Assembly (NCBI GenBank): GCA_964016885.1
Contig: OZ024744.1
Span: forward strand, 121,458,001 to 121,522,000
Origin: Eledone cirrhosa
Lineage: Eukaryota
Reading direction: 5' to 3'
Length of the DNA: 64,000 bases
Part shown: positions 35,301 through 50,300 of the stretch, one piece after another
Layout: every line of letters starts with the position of its first letter
Position numbering within the stretch: the stretch's first letter is position 1
Made by a program: the position numbers and the translations under genes
Notes under the pieces: generated by a model
What the model saw: the letters and a program-made list of their open reading frames with translations, nothing else
Told to the model about the DNA's origin: nothing
Database searches by the model: none

Positions 35301-38300
35301 GAGGAATCAGATGAAGGAGAGGAGACTGTGTTGGTATAGACATGTGATGTGTATGGATGAACTGAGAGAGAAACTCGGTATAAGAGGAATCAGATGTAAT
35401 ATGTAGGAGAGGAGACTGTGTTGGTATAGACATGTGATGTGTATGCATGAACTTAGAGAGAAAATAGGTATAAGAGGAATCAGATGTAGTGTGTAGGAGA
35501 GGAGACTGTGTTGGTGTAGACATGTGATGTGTATGGATGAACTGAGAGAGATACTAGGTATAAGAGGAATCAGATGTAGTGTGTAGGAGAGGAGACTGTG
35601 TTGGTGTAGACATGTGATGTGTATGGATGAACTGAGAGAGAAACTAGGTATAAGAGGAATCAGATGTAGTGTGTAGGAGAGGAGAGTGTGTTGGTATATA
35701 CATGTGATGTGTATGGATGAACAGAGAGGGAAACTCGGTATAAGAGGAATCAGATGTAGTGTGTAGGAGAGGAGAGAGTGTTGGTATAGACATGTGATGT
35801 GAATGGATGAACTGAGAGAGAAACTAGGTATAAGAGGAATCAGATGAAGGAGAGGAGACTGTGTTGGTATAGACATGTGATATGTATGGATGAACTGAGG
35901 GAGAAATTGGGAATAAAAGACATCAGATGTAATGTGTAGGAGAGGACACTGTGTTGGTATAGACATGTGATGTGTATGGATGAACTGAGAGAGAAATTGG
36001 GAATAAAAGGAATCAGATGAAGGAGAGGAGACTGTGTTGGTATAGACATGTGATGTGTATGGATGAACTGAGAGAGAAACTAGGTATAAGAGGAATCAGA
36101 TGTAGGAGAGGAGACTGTGTTGGTATAGACATGGGATGTGTATGGATGAACTGAGAGAGAAACTAGGTATAAGAGGAATCAGATGTAGGAGAGGAGACTG
36201 TGTTGGTATAGACATGTGATGTGTATGGATGAACTGAGAGAGGTACTGGGTATAAGAGGAATCAGATGTAGTGTGTAGGAGAGGAGACTGTGTTGGTGTA
36301 GACATGTAATGTGTATGGATGAACTGAGGGAGAAACTGGGTATAAGAGGAATCAGATGTAGTGTGAAGGAGAAGAGACTGTGTTGGTATAGACATGTGAT
36401 GTGTATGGATGAACTGAGAGAGAAACTAGGTATAAGAGGAATAAGATGTAGTGTGTAGGAGAGGAGACTGTGTTGGTGTAGACATGTGATGTGTATGGAT
36501 GAACTGAGAGAGAAACTAGGTATAAGAGGAATCAGATGTAGTGTGTAGGAGAGGAGAGTGTGGTGGTATATACATGTGATGTGTATGGATGAACAGAGAG
36601 GGAAACTCGGTATAAGAGGAATCAGATGTAGTGTGTAGGAGAGGAGAGAGTGTTGGTATAGACATGTGATGTGTATGGATGAACTGAGGGAGAAATTGGG
36701 AATAAAAGACATCAGATGTAATGTGTAGGAGAGGAGACTGTGTTGGTATAGACATTTTATGTCTATGGATGAACTGAGAGAGAACCTAGGTATAAGAGGA
36801 ATCAGATGTAGGAGAGGAGACTGTGTTGGTATAGACATGTGATGTGTATGGATAAACTGAGAGAGAAACTAGGTATAAGAGGAATCAGGTGTAGGAGAGG
36901 AGACTGTGTTGGTATAGACATGTGATGTGTATGGATGAACTGAGAGAGAAACTAGGTATGAGAGGAATCAGATGTAGTTTGTAGGAGAGGAGACTGTGTT
37001 GGGATAGACATGTGATGAACTGAGAGAAAAACTAGGTATAAGAGGAATCAGACGTAGAGTGTAGGAGAGGAGACTGTCTTGCTATAGACATGTGACGTGT
37101 ATGGATGAACTGAGAGAGAAACTAGGTATAAGAGGAATCAGATGTAGTGTGTATGAGAGGAGACTGTGTTGGTATAGACATGTGATGTGTATGGATGAAC
37201 TGAGAGAGAAACTAGGTATGAGAGGAATCAGATGTAGTGTGTAGGAGAGGAGACTGTGTTGTTATAGATATGTGATGTGTATGGATGAACTGAGAGAAAA
37301 ACCGGCTGTAAGAGGAATGAATCAGATGTAGTGTGTAGGAGAGCAGACTGTGTTGGTATAGACATGTGATGTGTATGGATGAACTGAGAGAGAAACTGGG
37401 TATAAGAGGAATCAGATGTAGGAGAGGAGACTGTGTTGGTATAGACATGTAATGTGTATGGATGAACTGAGGGAGAAACTGGGTATAAGAGGAATCAGAT
37501 GTAGTGTGTAGGAGAGGAGACTGTGTTGGTGTAGACATGTGATGTGTATGGATAAACTGAGAGAGAAACTAGGTATAAGAGGAATCAGATGTAGGAGAGG
37601 AGACTGTGTTGGTATAGACATGTGATGTGTATGGATAAACTGAGAGAGAAACTAGGTATAAGAGGAATCAGATGTAGGAGAGGAGACTGTGTTGGTATAG
37701 ACATGTGATGTGTATGGATGAACTGAGAGAGAAACTAGGTATGAGAGGAATCAGATGTAGTTTGTAGGAGAGGAGACTGTGTTGGGATTGACATGTGATG
37801 AACTGAGAGAAAAACTAGGTATAAGAGGAATCAGACGTAGTGTGTAGGAGAGGAGACTGTCTTGCTATAGACATGTGACGTGTATGGATGAACTGAGAGA
37901 GAAACTAGGTATAAGAGGAATCAGATGTAGTGTGTATGAGAGGAGACTGTGTTGGTATAGACATGTGATGTGTATGGATGAACTGAGAGAGAAACTAGGT
38001 ATGAGAGGAATCAGATGTAGTGTGTAGGAGAGGAGACTGTGTTGTTATAGATATGTGATGTGTATGGATGAACTGAGAGAAAAACCGGCTGTAAGAGGAA
38101 TGAATCAGATGTAGTGTGTAGGAGAGCAGACTGTGTTGGTATAGACATGTGATGTGTATGGATGAACTGAGAGAGAAACTGGGTATAAGAGGAATCAGAT
38201 GTAGGAGAGGAGACTGTGTTGGTATAGACATGTAATGTGTATGGATGAACTGAGGGAGAAACTGGGTATAAGAGGAATCAGATGTAGTGTGTAGGAGAGG

Positions 38301-41300
38301 AGACTGTGTTGGTATAGACATGGGATGTGTATGGATGAACTGAGAGATAAACTAGGTATAAGAGGAATCCGACGTAGTGTGTAGGAGAGGAGACTGTGTT
38401 GGTATAGATATGTGATGTGTATGGATGAACTGAGAGAAAAACCGGCTATAAGAGGAATCAGATGTAGTGTGTAGGAGAGGAGACTGTGTTGGTATAGACA
38501 TGTGATGTTTATGGATGAACTGAGAGAGAAACTGGGTATAAGAGGAATCAGATGTAGTGTGTAGGAGAGGAGACTGTGTTGGTGTAGACATGTAACGTGT
38601 ATGGATGAACTGAGGGAGAAACTGGGTATAAGAGGAATCAGATGTAATGTGTAGGAGAGGAGACTGTGTTGGTATAGACATTTGATGTGTATGCATGAAC
38701 TTAGAGAGAAACTAGGTATAAGAGGAATCAGATGTAGTGTGTAGGAGAGGAGACTGTGTTGGTGTAGACATGTGATGTGTATGGATGAACTGAGAGAGAT
38801 ACTAGGTATAAGAGGAATCAGATGTAGTGTGTAGGAGAGGAGACTGTGTTGGTGTAGACATGTGATGTGTATGGATGAACTGAGAGAGAAACTAGGTATA
38901 AGAGGAATCAGATGTAGTGTGTAGGAGAGGAGAGTGTGTTGGTATATACATGTGATGTGTATGGATGAACAGAGAGGGAAACTCGGTATAAGAGGAATCA
39001 GATGTAGTGTGTAGGAGAGGAGAGAGTGTTGGTATAGACATGTGATGTGAATGGATGAACTGAGAGAGAAACTAGGTATAAGAGGAATCACATGAAGGAG
39101 AGGAGACTGTGTTGGTATAGACATGTGATGTGTATGGATGAACCGAGGGAGAAATTGGGAATAAAAGACATCAGATGTAATGTGTAGGAGAGGAGACTGT
39201 GTTGGTATAGACATGTGATGTGTATGGATGAACTGAGAGAGAAATTGGGAATAAAAGGAATCAGATGAAGGAGAGGAGACTGTGTTGGTATAGACATGTG
39301 ATGTGTATGGATGAACTGAGAGAGAAACTAGGCATAAGAGGAATCAGATGTAGGAGAGGAGACTGTGTTGGTATAGACATGGGATGTGTATGGATGAACT
39401 GAGAGAGAAACTAGGTATAAGAGGAATCAGATGTAGGAGAGGAGACTGTGTTGGTATAGACATGTGATGTGTATGGATGAACTGAGAGAGAAACTAGGTA
39501 TAAGAGGAATCAGATGAAGGAGAGGAGACTGTGTTGGTATAGACATGTGATGTGTATGGATGAACTGAGAGAGAAACTCGGTATAAGAGGAATCAGATGT
39601 AATATGTAGGAGAGGAGACTGTGTTGGTATAGACATGTGATGTGTATGCATGAACTTAGAGAGAAAATAGGTATAAGAGGAATCAGATGTAGTGTGTAGG
39701 AGAGGAGACTGTGTTGGTGTAGACATGTGATGTGTATGGATGAACTAAGAGAGATACTAGGTATAAGAGGAATCAGATGTAGTGTGTAGGAGAGGAGACT
39801 GTGTTGGTGTAGACATGTGATGTGTATGGATGAACTGAGAGAGAAACTAGGTATAAGAGGAATCAGATGTAGTGTGTAGGAGAGGAGAGTGTGTTGGTAT
39901 ATACATGTGATGTGTATGGATGAACAGAGAGGGAAACTCGGTATAAGAGGAATCAGATGCAGTGTGTAGGAGAGGAGAGAGTGTTGGTATAGACATGTGA
40001 TGTGAATGGATGAACTGAGAGAGAAACTAGGTATAAGAGGAATCAGATGAAGGAGAGGAGACTGTGTTGGTATAGACATGTGATATGTATGGATGAACTG
40101 AGGGAGAAATTGGGAATAAAAGACATCAGATGTAATGTGTAGGAGAGGACACTGTGTTGGTATAGACATGTGATGTGTATGGATGAACTGAGAGAGAAAT
40201 TGGGAATAAAAGGAATCAGATGAAGGAGAGGAGACTGTGTTGGTATAGACATGTGATGTGTATGGATGAACTGAGAGAGAAACTAGGTATAAGAGGAATC
40301 AGATGTAGGAGAGGAGACTGTGTTGGTATAGACATGGGATGTGTATGGATGAACTGAGAGAGAAACTAGGTATAAGAGGAATCAGATGTAGGAGAGGAGA
40401 CTGTGTTGGTATAGACATGTGATGTGTATGGATGAACTGAGAGAGGTACTGGGTATAAGAGGAATCAGATGTAGTGTGTAGGAGAGGAGACTGTGTTGGT
40501 GTAGACATGTAATGTGTATGGATGAACTGAGGGAGAAACTGGGTATAAGAGGAATCAGATGTAGTGTGAAGGAGAAGAGACTGTGTTGGTATAGACATGT
40601 GATGTGTATGGATGAACTGAGAGAGAAACTAGGTATAAGAGGAATAAGATGTAGTGTGTAGGAGAGGAGACTGTGTTGGTGTAGACATGTGATGTGTATG
40701 GATGAACTGAGAGAGAAACTAGGTATAAGAGGAATCAGATGTAGTGTGTAGGAGAGGAGAGTGTGGTGGTATATACATGTGATGTGTATGGATGAACAGA
40801 GAGGGAAACTCGGTATAAGAGGAATCAGATGTAGTGTGTAGGAGAGGAGAGAGTGTTGGTATAGACATGTGATGTGTATGGATGAACTGAGGGAGAAATT
40901 GGGAATAAAAGACATCAGATGTAATGTGTAGGAGAGGAGACTGTGTTGGTATAGACATTTTATGTCTATGGATGAACTGAGAGAGAACCTAGGTATAAGA
41001 GGAATCAGATGTAGGAGAGGAGACTGTGTTGGTATAGACATGTGATGTGTATGGATAAACTGAGAGAGAAACTAGGTATAAGAGGAATCAGGTGTAGGAG
41101 AGGAGACTGTGTTGGTATAGACATGTGATGTGTATGGATGAACTGAGAGAGAAACTAGGTATGAGAGGAATCAGATGTAGTTTGTAGGAGAGGAGACTGT
41201 GTTGGGATAGACATGTGATGAACTGAGAGAAAAACTAGGTATAAGAGGAATCAGACGTAGAGTGTAGGAGAGGAGACTGTCTTGCTATAGACATGTGACG

Positions 41301-44300
41301 TGTATGGATGAACTGAGAGAGAAACTAGGTATAAGAGGAATCAGATGTAGTGTGTATGAGAGGAGACTGTGTTGGTATAGACATGTGATGTGTATGGATG
41401 AACTGAGAGAGAAACTAGGTATGAGAGGAATCAGATGTAGTGTGTAGGAGAGGAGACTGTGTTGTTATAGATATGTGATGTGTATGGATGAACTGAGAGA
41501 AAAACCGGCTGTAAGAGGAATGAATCAGATGTAGTGTGTAGGAGAGCAGACTGTGTTGGTATAGACATGTGATGTGTATGGATGAACTGAGAGAGAAACT
41601 GGGTATAAGAGGAATCAGATGTAGGAGAGGAGACTGTGTTGGTATAGACATGTAATGTGTATGGATGAACTGAGGGAGAAACTGGGTATAAGAGGAATCA
41701 GATGTAGTGTGTAGGAGAGGAGACTGTGTTGGTGTAGACATGTGATGTGTATGGATAAACTGAGAGAGAAACTAGGTATAAGAGGAATCAGATGTAGGAG
41801 AGGAGACTGTGTTGGTATAGACATGTGATGTGTATGGATAAACTGAGAGAGAAACTAGGTATAAGAGGAATCAGATGTAGGAGAGGAGACTGTGTTGGTA
41901 TAGACATGTGATGTGTATGGATGAACTGAGAGAGAAACTAGGTATGAGAGGAATCAGATGTAGTTTGTAGGAGAGGAGACTGTGTTGGGATTGACATGTG
42001 ATGAACTGAGAGAAAAACTAGGTATAAGAGGAATCAGACGTAGTGTGTAGGAGAGGAGACTGTCTTGCTATAGACATGTGACGTGTATGGATGAACTGAG
42101 AGAGAAACTAGGTATAAGAGGAATCAGATGTAGTGTGTATGAGAGGAGACTGTGTTGGTATAGACATGTGATGTGTATGGATGAACTGAGAGAGAAACTA
42201 GGTATGAGAGGAATCAGATGTAGTGTGTAGGAGAGGAGACTGTGTTGTTATAGATATGTGATGTGTATGGATGAACTGAGAGAAAAACCGGCTGTAAGAG
42301 GAATGAATCAGATGTAGTGTGTAGGAGAGCAGACTGTGTTGGTATAGACATGTGATGTGTATGGATGAACTGAGAGAGAAACTGGGTATAAGAGGAATCA
42401 GATGTAGGAGAGGAGACTGTGTTGGTATAGACATGTAATGTGTATGGATGAACTGAGGGAGAAACTGGGTATAAGAGGAATCAGATGTAGTGTGTAGGAG
42501 AGGAGACTGTGTTGGTGTAGACATGTGATGTGTATGGCTGAACTGAGAGAGAAACTAGGTATAAGAGGAATGAGATGTAGTGTGTAGGAGAGGAGACTGT
42601 GTTGGTATAGACATGTGATGTGTATGGATGAACTGAGAGGGAAGCTAGGTATAAGAGGAATCAGATGTAGTGTGTAGGAGAGGAGACTGTGTTGGTATAG
42701 ACATGTGATGTGTATGGATGAACTGAGAGAGAAACTCGGTATAAGAGGAATCAGATGTAGTGTGTAGGAGAGGAGACTGTGTTGGTATAGACATGTGATG
42801 TGTATGGATGAACTGAGAGAGAAACTAGGTATAAGAGGAATCATACGTAGTGTGTAGGAGAGGAGACTGTGCTGGTATAGACATGTGATGTGTATGGATG
42901 AACTGAGAGAGAAACTAGGTTTAAGAGGAATCAGATGTAGTGTGTAGGAGAGGAGACTGTGTTGGTATAGACATGTGATGTGTATGGATGAACTGAGAGA
43001 GAAATTGGGAATAAAAGGAATCAGATGAAGGAGAGGAGACTGTGTTGGTATAGACATGTGATGTGTATGGATGAACTGAGAGAGAAACTAGGCATAAGAG
43101 GAATCAGATGTAGGAGAGGAGACTGTGTTGGTATAGACATGTGATGTGTATGGATGAACTGAGAGAGAAACTAGGTATAAGAGGAATCAGATGTAGGAGA
43201 GGAGACTGTGTTGGTATAGACATGGGATGTGTATGGATAAACTGAGAGAGAAACTAGGTATAAGAGGAATCAGATGTTAGAGAGGAGACTGTGTTGGTAT
43301 AGACATGGGATGTGTATGGATGAACTGAGAGAGAAACTAGGTATAAGAGGAATCAGATGTAGGAGAGGAGACTGTGTTGGTATAGACATGTGATGTGTAT
43401 GGATGAACTGAGAGAGAAACTAGGTATAAGAGGAATCAGATGAAGGAGAGGAGACTGTGTTGGTATAGACATGTGATGTGTATGGATGAACTGAGAGAGA
43501 AACTCGGTATAAGAGGAATCAGATGTAGTTTGTAGGAGAGGAGACTGTGTTGGGATAGACATGTGATGAACTGAGAGAAAAACTAGGTATAAGAGGAATC
43601 AGACGTAGTGTTTAGGAGAGGAGACTGTCTTGCTATAGACATGTGACGTGTATGGATGAACTGAGAGAGAAACTAGGTATAAGAGGAATCAGATGTAGTG
43701 TGTAGGAGAGGAGACTGTGTTGGGATAGACATGTGATGTGTATGGATGAACTGAGAGAGAAACTAGGTATCAAAGGAATCAGATGTAGTGTGTAGGAGAG
43801 GAGACTGTGTTCGTATAGACATGTGATGTGTGTGAATGAACTGAGGGAGAAATTGGGAATAAGAGGAATCAGATGTAGTGTGTAGGAGAGGAGACTGTGT
43901 TGGTATAGACATGTGACGTGTATGGATGAAGTGAGAGAGAACCTAGGTATAAGAGGAATCAGACTGAGAGAGAAACTAGGTATCAGAGGAATCAGATATA
44001 GTGTGTAGGAGAGAAACAAGATGTAGTGTGTAGTAGAGTTTACTGTGTTGGTATAGACATGTGATGTGTATGAATGAACTGAGAGAGAAACTACGTATAA
44101 GAGGTATCAGATGTAGTGTGTAGGAGAGGTGACTGTGTTGCTATAGACATGTAATGTGTATGGATGAACTGAGAGAGAACCTAGGTATAAGAGGAATCAG
44201 ATGTAGGAGAGGAGACTGTGTTGGTGTAGACATGTGATGTGTATGGATGAACTGAGAGAGAAACCGGCTATAAGAGGAATCAGATGTAGTATGTAGGAGA

Positions 44301-47300
44301 GGAGACTGTCTTGCTATAGACATGTGATGTGTATGGATGAACTGAGAGAGAAACTAGGTATAAGAGGAATCAGATATAGGAGAGGAGACTGTGTTGGTAT
44401 AGACATGTGATGTGTATGGATGAACTGAGAGAGAAACTCGGTATAAGAGGAATCAGATGTAGGAGAGGAGACTGTGTTGGTATAGACATGGGATGTGTAT
44501 GGATGAACTGAGATAGAAACTAGGTATAAGAGGAATCAGATGTAGGAGAGGAGACTGTGTTGGTATAGACATGTGATGTGTATGGATGAACTGAGAGAGA
44601 AACTAGGTATAAGAGGAATCAGATGTAGTGTGTAGGAGAGGAGACTGTGTTGGTATAGACATGTGATGTGTATGGATGAACTGAGAGAGAAACTCGGTAT
44701 AAGAGGAATCAGATGTAGTGTGTAGGAGAGGAGACTGTGTTGGTATAGATATGTGATGTGTATGGATGAACTGAGAGAAAAACCGGCTATAAGAGGAATC
44801 AGATGTAGTGTGTAGGAGAGGAGACTGTGTTGGTATAGACATGTGATGTTTATGGATGAACTGAGAGAGAAACTGGGTATAAGAGGAATCAGATGTAGTG
44901 TGTAGGAGAGGAGACTGTGTTGGTGTAGACATGTAACGTGTATGGATGAACTGAGGGAGAAACTGGGTATAAGAGGAATCAGATGTAATGTGTAGGAGAG
45001 GAGACTGTGTTGGTATAGACATTTGATGTGTATGCATGAACTTAGAGAGAAACTAGGTATAAGAGGAATAAGATGTAGTGTGTAGGAGAGGAGACTGTGT
45101 TGGTGTAGACATGTGATGTGTATGGATGAACTGAGAGAGATACTAGGTATAAGAGGAATCAGATGTAGTGTGTAGGAGAGGAGACTGTGTTGGTGTAGAC
45201 ATGTGATGTGTATGGATGAACTGAGAGAGAAACTAGGTATAAGAGGAATCAGATGTAGTGTGTAGGAGAGGAGAGTGTGTTGGTATATACATGTGATGTG
45301 TATGGATGAACAGAGAGGGAAACTCGGTATAAGAGGAATCAGATGTAGTGTGTAGGAGAGGAGAGAGTGTTGGTATAGACATGTGATGTGAATGGATGAA
45401 CTGAGAGAGAAACTAGGTATAAGAGGAATAAGATGAAGGAGAGGAGACTGTGTTGGTATAGACATGTGATGTGTATGGATGAACTGAGGGAGAAATTGGG
45501 AATAAAAGACATCAGATGTAATGTGTAGGAGAGGAGACTGTGTTGGTATAGACATGTGATGTGTATGGATGAACTGAGAGACAAATTGGGAATAAAAGGA
45601 ATCAGATGAAGGAGAGGAGACTGTGTTGGTATAGACATGTGATGTGTATGGATGAACTGAGAGAGAAACTAGGCATAAGAGGAATCAGATGTAGGAGAGG
45701 AGACTGTGTTGGTATAGACATGTGATGTGTATGGATGAAATGAGAGAGAAACTAGGTATAAGAGGAATCAGATGTAGGAGAGGAGACTGTGTTGGTATAG
45801 ACATGGGATGTGTATGGATGAACTGAGAGAGAAACTAGGTATAAGAGGAATCAGATGTAGGAGAGGAGACTGTGTTGGTATAGACATGTGATGTGTATGG
45901 ATGAACTGAGAGAGAAACTAGGTATAAGAGGAATCAGATGAAGGAGAGGAGACTGTGTTGGTATAGACATGTGATGTGTATGGATGAACTGAGAGAGAAA
46001 CTCGGTATAAGAGGAATCAGATGTAATATGTAGGAGAGGAGACTGTGTTGGTATAGACATGTGATGTGTATGCATGAACTTAGAGAGAAAATAGGTATAA
46101 GAGGAATCAGATGTAGTGTGTAGGAGAGGAGACTGTGTTGGTGTAGACATGTGATGTGTATGGATGAACTGAGAGAGATACTAGGTATAAGAGGAATCTG
46201 ATGTAGTGTGTAGGAGAGGAGAGTGTGTTGGTATATACATGTGATGTGTATGGATGAACAGAGAGGGAAACTCGGTATAAGAGGAATCAGATGTAGTGTG
46301 TAGGAGAGGAGAGAGTGTTGGTATAGACATGTGATGTGAATGGATGAACTGAGAGAGAAACTAGGTATAAGAGGAATCAGATGAAGGAGAGGAGACTGTG
46401 TTGGTATAGACATGTGATGTGTATGGATGAACTGAGGGAGAAATTGGGAATAAAAGACATCAGATGTAATGTGTAGGAGAGGACACTGTGTTGGTATAGA
46501 CATGTGATGTGTATGGATGAACTGAGAGAGAAATTGGGAATAAAAGGAATCAGATGAAGGAGAGGAGACTGTGTTGGTATAGACATGTGATGTGTATGGA
46601 TGAACTGAGAGAGAAACTAGGTATAAGAGGAATCAGATGTAGGAGAGGAGACTGTGTTGGTATAGACATGGGATGTGTATGGATGAACTGAGAGAGAAAC
46701 TAGGTATAAGAGGAATCAGATGTAGGAGAGGAGACTGTGTTGGTATAGACATGTGATGTGTATGGATGAACTGAGAGAGAAACTCGGTATAAGAGGAATC
46801 AGATGAAGGAGAGGAGACTGTGTTGGTATAGACATGTGATGTGTATGGATGAACTGAGAGAGAAACTCGGTATAAGAGGAATCAGATGTAGGAGAGGAGA
46901 CTGTGTTGGTATAGACATGGGATGTGTATGGATGAACTGAGATAGAAACTAGGTATAAGAGGAATCATATGTAGGAGAGGAGACTGTGTTGGTATAGACA
47001 TGTGATGTGTATGGATGAACTGAGAGAGAAACTAGGTATAAGAGGGATCAGATGTAGTGTGTATGAGAGGAGACTGTGTTGGTATAGACATGTGATGTGT
47101 ATGGATGAACTGAGAGAGAAACTAGGTATGAGAGGAATCAGATGTAGTGTGTAGGAGAAGAGACCGTGTTGTGATAGACATGTGATGTGTATGGATGAAC
47201 TGAGAGAGAAACTAGGTATCAAAGGAATCAGATGTAGTGTGTAGGAGAGGAGACTGTGTTGGTGTAGACATGTGATGTGTATGGATGAACTGAGAGAGAT

Positions 47301-50300
47301 ACTAGGTATAAGAGGAATCAGATGTAGTGTGTAGGAGAGGAGACTGTGTTGGTGTAGACATGTGATGTGTATGGATGAACTGAGAGAGAAACTAGGTATA
47401 AGAGGAATCAGATGTAGTGTGTAGGAGAGGAGAGTGTGTTGGTATATACATGTGATGTGTATGGATGAACAGAGAGGGAAACTCGGTATAAGAGGAATCA
47501 GATGTAGTGTGTAGGAGAGGAGAGAGTGTTGGTATAGACATGTGATGTGAATGGATGAACTGAGAGAGAAACTAGGTATAAGAGGAATCAGATGAAGGAG
47601 AGGAGACTGTGTTGGTATAGACATGTGATGTGTATGGATGAACTGAGGGAGAAATTGGGAATAAAAGACATCAGATGTAATGTGTAGGAGAGGACACTGT
47701 GTTGGTATAGACATGTGATGTGTATGGATGAACTGAGAGAGAAATTGGGAATAAAAGGAATCAGATGAAGGACAGGAGACTGTGTTGGTATAGACATGTG
47801 ATGTGTATGGATGAACTGAGAGAGAAACTAGGTATAAGAGGAATCAGATGTAGGAGAGGAGACTGTGTTGGTATAGACATGGGATGTGTATGGATGAACT
47901 GAGATAGAAACTAGGTATAAGAGGAATCAGATGTAGGAGAGGAGACTGTGTTGGTATAGACATGTGATGTGTATGGATGAACTGAGAGAGAAACTAGGTA
48001 TAAGAGGGATCAGATGTAGTGTGTATGAGAGGAGACTGTGTTGGTATAGACATGTGATGTGTATGGATGAACTGAGAGAGAAACTACGTATGAGAGGAAT
48101 CAGATGTAGTGTGTAGGAGAAGAGACTGTGTTGTGATAGACATGTGATGTGTATGGATGAACTGAGAGAGAAACTAGGTATCAAAGCAATTAGATGTAGT
48201 GTGTAGGAGAGGAGACTGTGTTGCTATAGACATGTGATGTGTGTGGATGAACTGAGGGAGAAATTGGGAATAAGAGGAATCAGATGTAGTGTGTAGGAGA
48301 GGAGACTGTGTTGGTATAGACATGTGATGTGTATGGATGAAGTGAGAGAGAACCTAGGTATAAGAGGAATCAGACTGAGAGAGAACCTAGGTATCAGAGG
48401 AATCAGATATAGTGTGTAGGAGAGAAACAAGATGTAGTGTGTAGTAGAGTTTACTGTGTTGGTATAGACATGTGATGTGTATGAATGAACTGAGAGAGAA
48501 ACTAGGTATAAGAGGTATCAGATGTAGTGTGTAGGAGAGGAGACTGTGTTGGTATAGACATGTGATGTGTATGGATGAACTGAGAGAGAAACCGGCTATA
48601 AGAGGAATCAGATGTAGTATGTAGGAGAGGAGACTGTCTTGCTATAGACATGTGATGTGTATGGATGAACTGAGAGAGAAACTAGGTATAAGACGAATCA
48701 GATATAGGAGAGGAGACTGTGTTGGTATAGACATGGGATGTGTATGGATAAACTGAGAGAGAAACTAGGTATAAGAGGAATCAGATGAAGGAGAGGAGAC
48801 TGTGTTGGTATAGACATGTGATGTGTATGGATGAACTGAGAGAGAAACTCGGTATAAGAGGAATCAGATGTAGGAGAGGAGACTGTGTTGGTATAGACAT
48901 GGGATGTGTATGGATGAACTGAGATAGAAACTAGGTATAAGAGGAATCAGATGTAGGAGAGGAGACTGTGTTGGTATAGACATGTGATGTGTATGGATGA
49001 ACTGAGAGAGAAACTAGGTATAAGAGGAATCACATGTAGTGTGTAGGAGAGGAGACTGTGTTGGTATAGACATGTGATGTGTATGGATGAACTGAGAGAG
49101 AAACTAGGTATAAGAGGAATCAGACGTAGTGTGTAGGAGAGGAGACTGTGTTGGTATAGACATGTGATGTGTATGGATGAACTGAGAGAGAAACTAGTTA
49201 TAAGAGGAATCAGATATAGTGTTTAGGAGAGGAGACTGTGTTGGTATAGACATGTGATGTGTATGGATGAACTGAGGGAGAAATTGGGAATAAAAGACAT
49301 CAGATGTAATGTGTAGGAGAGGAGACTGTGTTGGTATAGACATGTGATGTGTATGGATGAACTGAGAGAGAAATTGGGAATAAAAGGAATCAGATGAAGG
49401 AGAGGAGACTGTGTTGGTATAGACATGTGATGTGTATGGATGAACTGAGAGAGAAATTAGGCATAAGAGGAATCAGATGTAGGAGAGGAGACTGTGTTGG
49501 TATAGACATGTGATGTGTATGGATGAAATGAGAGAGAAACTAGGTATAAGAGGAATCAGATGTAGGAGAGGAGACTGTGTTGGTATAGACATGGGATGTG
49601 TATGGATGAACTGAGAGAGAAACTAGGTATAAGAGGAATCAGATGTAGGAGAGGAGACTGTGTTGGTATAGACATGTGATGTGTATGGATGAACTGAGAG
49701 AGAAACTAGGTATAAGAGGAATCAGATGAAGGAGAGGAGACTGTGTTGGTATAGACATGTGATGTGTATGGATGAACTGAGAGAGAAACTCGGTATAAGA
49801 GGAATCAGATGTAATATGTAGGAGAGGAGACTGTGTTGGTATAGACATGTGATGTGTATGCATGAACTTAGAGAGAAAATAGGTATAAGAGGAATCAGAT
49901 GTAGTGTGTAGGAGAGGAGACTGTGTTGGTGTAGACATGTGATGTGTATGGATGAACTGAGAGAGATACTAGGTATAAGAGGAATCAGATGTAGTGTGTA
50001 GGAGAGGAGACTGTGTTGGTGTAGACATGTGATGTGTATGGATGAACTGAGAGAGAAACTAGGTATAAGAGGAATCAGATGTAGTGTGTAGGAGAGGAGA
50101 GTGTGTTGGTATATACATGTGATGTGTATGGATGAACAGAGAGGGAAACTCGGTATAAGAGGAATCAGATGTAGTGTGTAGGAGAGGAGAGAGTGTTGGT
50201 ATAGACATGTGATGTGAATGGATGAACTGAGAGAGAAACTAGGTATAAGAGGAATCAGATGAAGGAGAGGAGACTGTGTTGGTATAGACATGTGATGTGT